From Zestosphaera tikiterensis (GTDB taxonomy: Archaea > Thermoproteota > Thermoprotei_A > Sulfolobales > NBVN01): a DNA stretch of 8,144 nucleotides. The stretch is taken from positions 1-8,144 of the forward strand of contig NBVN01000014.1 of assembly GCA_003056265.1 (NCBI GenBank), in the 5' to 3' direction. Every line of letters begins with the position of its first letter. Positions within the stretch are counted from its first letter, which is position 1. Below the pieces are notes generated by a model. That model was not told where the DNA came from. It searched no databases and saw only the letters and a list, made by a program, of their open reading frames with translations. Of this stretch, positions 1 to 5,898 are shown one piece after another. The translations under genes and the position numbers were made by a program.

Positions 1-1
1 G

Positions 2-2782
2 TTTGAAACCGCTCTTAACACATACTTCAAGTGGATTCAATACTCGAACTTTTCATGGTTTAAAGAAGGAACGGTAATGTATGGAGTGGAGGTCGGAAAG
101 GAAATAATTAACAAGCTTGGGGGATGGACGGCCGACAGCTGGTTAATGGTCGATTTAGCCGCAGACATTCCGGGAAAGATAGATCTGAGATGGATGAGTA
201 GGTTTGGGCTATTCCTATGGATGGATAAGAAGCTGGCGGATCTAGGCATTAAATTTGAAGATTATACGGCTTGGGTGGACTTAACGAAGAACCTTATGGA
301 AAACACGGCATCCGGTAACATAACAGTTTCGCTTAAGTGGTTCTCTAAACTGCTGCAGAGCACCGGTTTACACCCAGCGTGGGTTCCGCTGGTCACCGTT
401 GCGGAGAACATTATGGCGATAAGCGACGAAATGACACTGCTGCGAGCAGGTTGGTTAAATCTATTTAAAGAAGGCCTATTATCATATAAAAAAGTTGATT
501 CCGCGCTCGGTGGTCTGCTGACGATATCATACGAGGTAGGATACTGGGATCCGACTGTAAAGGAGTGGAAGTCAAAGTGGTTAAACCTACCCGTGTTGTG
601 GCTGCCGCATGAAAGAAAGCTGCTAGAGTTTAGGATGCTAATGGATAGATTCCTCGACTTATATAGAGAATACTATAACACGTTGCGGAGGTTTGTAAGT
701 AGGAATATAATAACTATGGACGATATGAAGAAGAGGTTGCAGGACTTCTTGGTTTTAGCAGTACATGGCAGGGACGGCAGAGGCGGCTTCTATAAAGACA
801 TAGTGACAAATATAACAGGCATATCGGACGAGAGAGCTTTAGAGCCTTTCCTGCCTACGCTAGACGAGAAGTATCTAGATGTGTGGGAGCCTATAATTAG
901 GGACCTATACGAAGAGGAGAAGGTTGAGCGCGCAAGGATCTACATGAGATATATAGTTAGTCGGCTGATCGAAAGATATGCACAGGGCTTTATAACTGAT
1001 AGTGAAAGAGAGTTGTACATACAGATATTCCAGAAATATGTCAGGATGACGGATACAGAGATAACGATGATAAAGGACATTAGCGACTTAATAAGCTCAT
1101 TCTACAGCAGGCAGTTAAAGTTCGATGCGCTTATTAACAGATATAAGAGGTTTAGAATAACTAGAGAAGAATTGAAGGCAAGTCTTGCGGATATAGGCAT
1201 CCGCGCAGACTTCCTAGACGATATAATAGAAAAGTATGTTAAAAGTTATGTGCCGACACTGTCGCAGTTAGCTACATTAGCCGAGACTGTGCCTGAGGTT
1301 TTAACTGAAAAGCTCGGCGATAAGCCGTATTATAAGTTCTTGTTGGAATTCTACGACTTAAACGATGTGGAAAAAAGGCTGTGGTCGTTATACATAGAAA
1401 GAAAGCAGATATTGAATGAGGTTTCTTTATTTAGAAGCAGGATAATAGACCTGATATCGTTCGGCATGTCTGAGTCCGCAGTTTTAACTCTACTAGGATT
1501 TTCAAAGGTAGAGGAATTAGTTGAGTGGAGCATATCTGTAAAAGAGTGGAACCTATTAGTATTGGCTGGCAAGGTTGAAAGATACAAAGATGTCTGGTCA
1601 TACTACAGCCTAAGCCCAAGCAAGCTTGTGCAGCATGTAGAGCTTATGCCGGAAAACATATCTAAAATATTATCAGATCTAGAATCATACAGTCTGTCAA
1701 CAGAAACAATAAAGTATTGGGAGACCTACCTATGGAGAAAGAAACTCAGCAATGATATATCTTTAATAAGAAGTAGGTTGATAACACTTATTGATTTGGG
1801 CGTGGATATAACGAACATAGACTTTGAGAAGATAATGAAAGCTGCTTCAGACATCTGGGGAAAAATAGGCGGTGCCCTGTCGAAATATGGGTTTACGGAG
1901 AAGGAGTTTCAAGTATGGTATCTTGCTGCGTTCTTGGAAGGAAAGAAGGTGGAGGTGCCTTCACCATCGTTCTTAGGAACTATAGCGGAGTATGTGGTTT
2001 TAGGGGATGAGTTGTTAGAGGAGTCGCTTAGCTTCCATAAAGTAAAAAGGAATTGGTGGCCCGTTTTAAAGGATTATATTAGGACCAGACCCCTTAGAGA
2101 CGACCTAAATAGGCTGTTGAACAGAATTTACGACGGGTGGGTAAAGGATATTCCGCTGGGCGAATACGGTGATAAGGCTGTAGCGCTATTGAAGCGGTAT
2201 GGCTGGACAGACGAAGAATTTAGAATACTTAAGCTAACGGCACAGATAGAGTCAATAATTAAAGGATATGAAGAGAACTGGCCATCGCCGCTAACATTAG
2301 CAACTATCTCCGAGGTAGTACCAGAAGTAAGAGCACTAATAGATAGTGTATTCGAAAAGAAGAAAGTGCCACCAGAACTTCGGAAATACCTAAAGAAATA
2401 TGTCCAACTAAAGCCCCTGCAAGATGAGATTAGGAACTTGATAAATGAGGTTATTTACGGATATGGATATGGAACGTTAGAAGATGAACACATGTATGTA
2501 ATATTGAATTTCTTGAGGCAGTTAGGGTTTGAAGAGGATGAAGTTAAACTTGTTTATACGAGGGCGGTTTTGTATAGGTTGAGGATACAGAGAAAGAAAC
2601 TGCCTTCGACGGAATTACAGAGGCTGGCTAACGAAGCATTAGCAGCTTTGTTTGGAACCCTGCCGCCGGCAACTCAAACTACTACGCAAACTACTACAAC
2701 CACAGCTGCAGCCACACCTGCAACAACTACCACAACAACCACGACTACGACTGCACCAACTAAACCAAGTTTTGTATGGTGA
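2..2782 (+). CDS. Giant alpha-helical tandem-repeat protein, probably 5'-partial (>=926 aa), with a Thr-rich C-terminal tail. Putative virion/assembly protein (tape-measure- or scaffold-like); function unknown.
   Basis: Longest ORF in the window. Its frame stays open from nt 2: FETALNTYFKWIQYSNFSWFKEGTV precedes the ATG at 77 used by the ORF track. ATG 77 lacks the SD motif seen before the downstream genes, so the gene probably starts left of the window; 77 remains the alternative start. Stop is TGA 2780-2782. The sequence is helix-favouring and W/Y/K/E-rich, with at least four tandem ~110-120 aa modules (nt 1250-2611) and a T/A/P tract (nt 2672-2761). The product call is inference only. Confidence 0.85.
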   Translation, partial: FETALNTYFKWIQYSNFSWFKEGTVMYGVEVGKEIINKLGGWTADSWLMVDLAADIPGKIDLRWMSRFGLFLWMDKKLADLGIKFEDYTAWVDLTKNLMENTASGNITVSLKWFSKLLQSTGLHPAWVPLVTVAENIMAISDEMTLLRAGWLNLFKEGLLSYKKVDSALGGLLTISYEVGYWDPTVKEWKSKWLNLPVLWLPHERKLLEFRMLMDRFLDLYREYYNTLRRFVSRNIITMDDMKKRLQDFLVLAVHGRDGRGGFYKDIVTNITGISDERALEPFLPTLDEKYLDVWEPIIRDLYEEEKVERARIYMRYIVSRLIERYAQGFITDSERELYIQIFQKYVRMTDTEITMIKDISDLISSFYSRQLKFDALINRYKRFRITREELKASLADIGIRADFLDDIIEKYVKSYVPTLSQLATLAETVPEVLTEKLGDKPYYKFLLEFYDLNDVEKRLWSLYIERKQILNEVSLFRSRIIDLISFGMSESAVLTLLGFSKVEELVEWSISVKEWNLLVLAGKVERYKDVWSYYSLSPSKLVQHVELMPENISKILSDLESYSLSTETIKYWETYLWRKKLSNDISLIRSRLITLIDLGVDITNIDFEKIMKAASDIWGKIGGALSKYGFTEKEFQVWYLAAFLEGKKVEVPSPSFLGTIAEYVVLGDELLEESLSFHKVKRNWWPVLKDYIRTRPLRDDLNRLLNRIYDGWVKDIPLGEYGDKAVALLKRYGWTDEEFRILKLTAQIESIIKGYEENWPSPLTLATISEVVPEVRALIDSVFEKKKVPPELRKYLKKYVQLKPLQDEIRNLINEVIYGYGYGTLEDEHMYVILNFLRQLGFEEDEVKLVYTRAVLYRLRIQRKKLPSTELQRLANEALAALFGTLPPATQTTTQTTTTTAAATPATTTTTTTTTTAPTKPSFVW
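2672..2761 (+). repeat. Low-complexity Thr/Ala/Pro-coding tract (TQTTTQTTTTTAAATPATTTTTTTTTTAPT) at the C-terminus of the giant ORF.
   Basis: ACN codons dominate, but all four Thr codons (act, acg, aca, acc) are mixed. The tract is therefore low-complexity at the protein level, not a pure DNA microsatellite. Confidence 0.9.
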
Positions 2783-2790
2783 GGTGGTTC

Positions 2791-3270
2791 ATGAGCTGGC
2801 GAGGTCTTAAAGAAAAACTGGTTGATATGCCAATCTGGCGCTGGGAGTATAACGCAATAATTGAGTCACTAAACGATCTTAAGCAGTGGATAGACAGTAA
2901 AACATCGCTGGTTCCGGTGAAATATGCAATTCAAAGCACACAGTTAACTTTAGATGCTACGGAAAACCGGCAAACGCTTCTACTTGAAGGGCCTGGCTTG
3001 ATACTAATTGGTTCTGATGGAAACGGAGAAGCTGTTTTTACAATACTAGTCTTAATAGACGGCAATAAACAACTAAAACTAAGTCCAAATGAGAAAAGCC
3101 TGTTTGCTGTTGCCTTTTCGTCTGGTATTGAACTTGACATCTATAATCCGTGGGCTGAGCAGAAAACCGCAACTATACCTGGGATAACAGTAATAGGATT
3201 AGCAAAATCGGTTAAAAGCGTGGACACAAGCCTGGTGTCTGCATCAACAGGTGAAATTAGGGTGATATAA
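2791..3270 (+). CDS. Small beta-rich protein (159 aa), putative structural protein; function unknown.
   Basis: ORF ends at TAA 3268-3270. ATG 2791 lies 3 nt after GGTGAGGTGG (2778-2787). The ORF-track start ATG 2776 overlaps the preceding TGA and has no SD, so it is only an alternative. An N-terminal helix (WEYNAIIESLNDL) is followed by strand-like alternating segments (LLLEGPGLILIG, AVFTILVLIDG, LFAVAFSSGIELDIY, ITVIGLA). Confidence 0.8.
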   Translation: MSWRGLKEKLVDMPIWRWEYNAIIESLNDLKQWIDSKTSLVPVKYAIQSTQLTLDATENRQTLLLEGPGLILIGSDGNGEAVFTILVLIDGNKQLKLSPNEKSLFAVAFSSGIELDIYNPWAEQKTATIPGITVIGLAKSVKSVDTSLVSASTGEIRVI

Positions 3271-3271
3271 T

Positions 3272-3526
3272 ATGAGTACCCTCCCAGATGACTACTATAC
3301 CTATAGATTTGAAGAAGCAAACAGATATCTTAGTAGGTTGATAAAAATAAAAGAGCTAGAAGACGCGTTTCTTAGAATAAGATATGTCTTTGGTGGCACC
3401 ATGTGGTTTTTTGGTATCTTGTATTATTTTGATAAGAACAACAGCTCAACGCTTGAAGCCGACGACATAAATAACGTTATAGACTTTTTAGAAAAATACA
3501 GTGAGCTACTTAAGGAGGTGGCATAA
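3272..3526 (+). CDS. Small protein (84 aa) with one hydrophobic segment; function unknown.
   Basis: ATG 3272 is 5 nt after GGTGAT (3261-3266) and 1 nt after the previous TAA. Its TAA 3524-3526 shares an A with the next ATG (TAATG). The hydrophobic stretch VFGGTMWFFGILYYF is flanked by charged helical segments. Confidence 0.7.
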   Translation: MSTLPDDYYTYRFEEANRYLSRLIKIKELEDAFLRIRYVFGGTMWFFGILYYFDKNNSSTLEADDINNVIDFLEKYSELLKEVA

Positions 3527-4128
3527 TGAGCGCTGAGGATATCTACGAAGAAGTAGTTAACATCTGTCAAAATCTTAAAAGAGTTAAAACAGGTGAAAAA
3601 GCAAGTCCCGAAGGCTATAACCAATTGGTAGACTGTATAGAAAAGCTGCTAGAGCTGGCCCTGAATATTGGATTGGGCGGTCGGGTACCATACTGGGTGC
3701 CAGTGCTTGATATTGGAAAATTAGACTACATGATAGTAGGGGAACCAAGAAGAGACGTCTCTCTTAGAAGGCTACCGGAATACTTATACTGGAGATACTT
3801 CGAGATTAAACCAGTGTATGGATACCTCCATGAAAACGACCTTAAGTTTTTAACGATGACTGTAAATAGTGAGTCTAAATACCTAAACCTTAAAGAACCG
3901 ATTCCATTCCCAAAGTTCGGGGAAAAACTGTCTTCGGATTACTGGAATGTGATAGCCTCTCTCATCTGGAAGATAGCTGAGGACTCGGGCCTACCATATA
4001 GGTTTATGTCGTTGGAGCCAGATCTCGGGGCAAAGCTTAAGTTTAACGTAGGTATAAACTACAAGTCTTCACGAGCATCTATTACATTACTCAGAACTGA
4101 AGTGCGGGTGGAGGTGAGGATTGAATGA
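3526..4128 (+). CDS. 200-aa protein, putative structural protein; shares N-proximal and C-terminal motifs with the next gene.
   Basis: ATG 3526 overlaps the previous stop, with GGAGGTG at 3514-3520. Stop is TGA 4126-4128. It contains PEGYNQLVDCIEKL near the N-terminus and KFNVGINYKSSRASITLLRTEVRVEVRIE at the C-terminus. Confidence 0.8.
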   Translation: MSAEDIYEEVVNICQNLKRVKTGEKASPEGYNQLVDCIEKLLELALNIGLGGRVPYWVPVLDIGKLDYMIVGEPRRDVSLRRLPEYLYWRYFEIKPVYGYLHENDLKFLTMTVNSESKYLNLKEPIPFPKFGEKLSSDYWNVIASLIWKIAEDSGLPYRFMSLEPDLGAKLKFNVGINYKSSRASITLLRTEVRVEVRIE

Positions 4129-4931
4129 GCTGGATCTATGAATTATTAAAGAACAGATATGAAAGGAAGTGGTACTCCCCATGGAAGACTTCCGATTACA
4201 TTATATGGCAAATGGGTGCCTTAAGACCGAAAAACTATGGAGAGATACTGTTCAGCGATGAATATAACTACCTTTTATACACGCTCTATTGGAGTAAGGT
4301 ATCTAAAAGGTTTATATTTAGAGGGTTTTACCATGCTTTAATAAATTTAACATTATTTAAAATCTACGCCACAATACCGCGGTTAATACTTATCTATTTA
4401 AGGATTTCATCAGAGATGAAGACAGGGACCCCATATAGTGTTGTGTTCCCGATAACAATAGAAAAAAGGGTGAGACAAGGAACTTACATTAGAGATATAA
4501 TAACCATTACTAGATATTTGGCGTGGAGTAGTGGTCCCGGAACTATTTCACGGGATTGGTTTGGGTTTAGGGCCTTATTAAAGATGGATAGGCATCTTGT
4601 TAATGACCTGCCGACAAGGAGGGGTTTAGTTGCGATACCGACTATAGACACCCACAGCGGTTTAAGCACTAAGGAACTATACCTTGAAATAGAGAACTTA
4701 GAACCACTTGAAAAAGTTTATGAAAAAATAGGCGGTGATATAACAAACACTCTAGTTAATAAGGAAGTTAGAACAGAACTACCTACTGAAATAAGAGTAG
4801 GATTTAGTGGGAAGTTCAAAGTAGAGAGGGCAAGCATTACAACACAGATATTAAGGAAGGAAACTGCTGTCACGACTAAGGCGAAAAATATAAATAACTT
4901 CAAAGTAAATGTTAATATTGAGGTGAAGTGA
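4125..4931 (+). CDS. 268-aa protein, putative structural protein; likely a distant paralog of the preceding gene.
   Basis: ATG 4125 overlaps the previous stop (ATGA), with GGAGGTGA at 4110-4117. Stop is TGA 4929-4931. It contains SDEYNYLLYTLYW near the N-terminus and KFKVERASITTQILRKE near the C-terminus. Confidence 0.8.
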   Translation: MSWIYELLKNRYERKWYSPWKTSDYIIWQMGALRPKNYGEILFSDEYNYLLYTLYWSKVSKRFIFRGFYHALINLTLFKIYATIPRLILIYLRISSEMKTGTPYSVVFPITIEKRVRQGTYIRDIITITRYLAWSSGPGTISRDWFGFRALLKMDRHLVNDLPTRRGLVAIPTIDTHSGLSTKELYLEIENLEPLEKVYEKIGGDITNTLVNKEVRTELPTEIRVGFSGKFKVERASITTQILRKETAVTTKAKNINNFKVNVNIEVK

Positions 4932-4932
4932 A

Positions 4933-5481
4933 TTGGTCCGCGCTTTAACTTTGAAAGTGTTGGATAGGGATGCTAAAGAAGTAAGCAGAGTAGAAGTAGA
5001 CACTGACATGCTTAAAACGTATATAGAGAAGAAAAAAGATTTAGGAACGGATTGGTTCGCAAGGATACTTTACTCAGCATTCGCAAGTGTTCACCCCGTC
5101 GTTACGACAACTAGAGAAGACGGAGGAACAGATGCATCAGGAGCTTCGTTCTGCTATGGTTGTTGTCGCTGTCATATATGGATTGGAGTCGGCACCGGGA
5201 CCACCCCGCCAACTAGGCAAGACTATAAACTTGAAGCAGAGAAAGACGTTAAGCCAGCGACTGCGAGATACATTGACGGAACGGGAGTAGTAATAATAAC
5301 AACGTCTTTCGTGTTCAACCAAGATATAGATATATCTGAGGTAGGACTATTCCTATGTGATGGAGATATTAATGCTGGTGGCCCGGGTGCCAGAACTCTC
5401 CTAGATAGAACCGTCCTCGACGCACCTGTCCATGTAGCTGCCCAGCAAACACTATATGTTGAATATAGAATCGCGGTCTAG
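4933..5481 (+). CDS. 182-aa beta-rich protein with an IGVGTGTTPPT...EVGLF...LLDR pattern and a Cys cluster; putative fibre/receptor-binding-type virion protein (low certainty).
   Basis: TTG 4933 is the first start codon after the in-frame TGA 4924-4926. It is 6 nt after GAGGTGA (4920-4926) and 1 nt after the previous stop. The next in-frame ATG (5008) has no SD. Stop is TAG 5479-5481. Confidence 0.75.
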   Translation: MVRALTLKVLDRDAKEVSRVEVDTDMLKTYIEKKKDLGTDWFARILYSAFASVHPVVTTTREDGGTDASGASFCYGCCRCHIWIGVGTGTTPPTRQDYKLEAEKDVKPATARYIDGTGVVIITTSFVFNQDIDISEVGLFLCDGDINAGGPGARTLLDRTVLDAPVHVAAQQTLYVEYRIAV

Positions 5482-5492
5482 GTGAGCGATCT

Positions 5493-5852
5493 GTGAAGTA
5501 CACTGTTGAGGTATATCTGGAAGACATCTATGGGTTTAAGATAAGCCGAGAAGAAGATAAATTTGTCGGTGGTATAACAGCGCTGAAGAGTAAGGTAGTA
5601 GATGAAGATAAGTTTTACAGGATACTATATGAGGAGGCATTGAGGCATGGAATATCTTATCTTCAGGCATATGTAAGGAAGATGAACTACCCATACATAG
5701 TTGAACCAATACTTGCGGCGGGGAATGATAGTAGAGTAGTTGGTGTTAGGTTAGTATCATATACTGTCATCTCTTCTACAGTTGTCGACAACTTGTTGGA
5801 TGTACTGCAGCAAGGCATCGGTAAATACTTAGAAGTAATTGTTAGTTCGTAA
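5493..5852 (+). CDS. 119-aa protein; function unknown.
   Basis: GTG 5493 is 7 nt after AGGTGA (5480-5485), and there is no nearby in-frame ATG. Stop is TAA 5850-5852, followed by an A/T-rich spacer. The composition is protein-like and alpha/beta. Confidence 0.7.
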   Translation: MKYTVEVYLEDIYGFKISREEDKFVGGITALKSKVVDEDKFYRILYEEALRHGISYLQAYVRKMNYPYIVEPILAAGNDSRVVGVRLVSYTVISSTVVDNLLDVLQQGIGKYLEVIVSS

Positions 5853-5898
5853 AGAAAAGCTAATTACTCTTTTTCAATATAAAATTTTTAGATGCTCT
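5853..5898 (+). promoter_or_regulatory. A/T-rich spacer with TATA-like elements upstream of the AAA+ ATPase gene (putative archaeal promoter, leaderless-type).
   Basis: This is the only gap over 11 nt in the 2782-6789 array. The sequence is aagaaaagctaattactctttttcaatataaaatttttagatgctct, with AGAAAAG-CTAATTAC and CAATATAAAA candidates and T5 runs at 5870-5874 and 5885-5889. No SD precedes ATG 5899. The exact TATA box and TSS cannot be fixed by eye. Confidence 0.35.

Noticed and set aside
58-66. TTTAAAGA TATA-like element upstream of ATG 77, suggesting the giant ORF starts inside the window.
   Set aside because: It is only about 16 nt from ATG 77, too close for an archaeal TATA-to-TSS distance of about 25 nt. 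The reading frame is open to nt 2, so I treat the gene as 5'-partial. This is not excluded.
2672-2761. The Thr tract as a slippage-prone microsatellite or phase-variation switch.
   Set aside because: The codons are heterogeneous (act, acg, aca, acc, interspersed with caa, gct, gca, gcc, cct). There is no long perfect unit repeat to drive slippage.
5087-5290. 67-aa + strand ORF in an alternative frame inside the 182-aa gene.
   Set aside because: It is fully nested out of frame in a gene with better start context. It has no SD and no slippery or frameshift signal that I can see, and its peptide is unremarkable.
3259-5852. Similar strand-like C-termini (EIRVI, EVRVEVRIE, VNVNIEVK, YVEYRIAV, YLEVIVSS) taken as a shared assembly or strand-exchange signal.
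   Set aside because: For most of them the terminal E-V/R-V residues are dictated by the embedded SD (GAGGTG or GGTGAT) of the next gene. The resemblance does not need a protein-level explanation. Only the upstream RASIT module is kept as a finding.
5839-5898. TTG 5839 as the start of the AAA+ ATPase (ORF-track coordinates).
   Set aside because: It would overlap the previous gene by 14 nt, has no SD, and would translate the A/T-rich TATA-like spacer as LVRKEKLITLFQYKIFRCS. ATG 5899 after that spacer is more plausible, though this is unproven.
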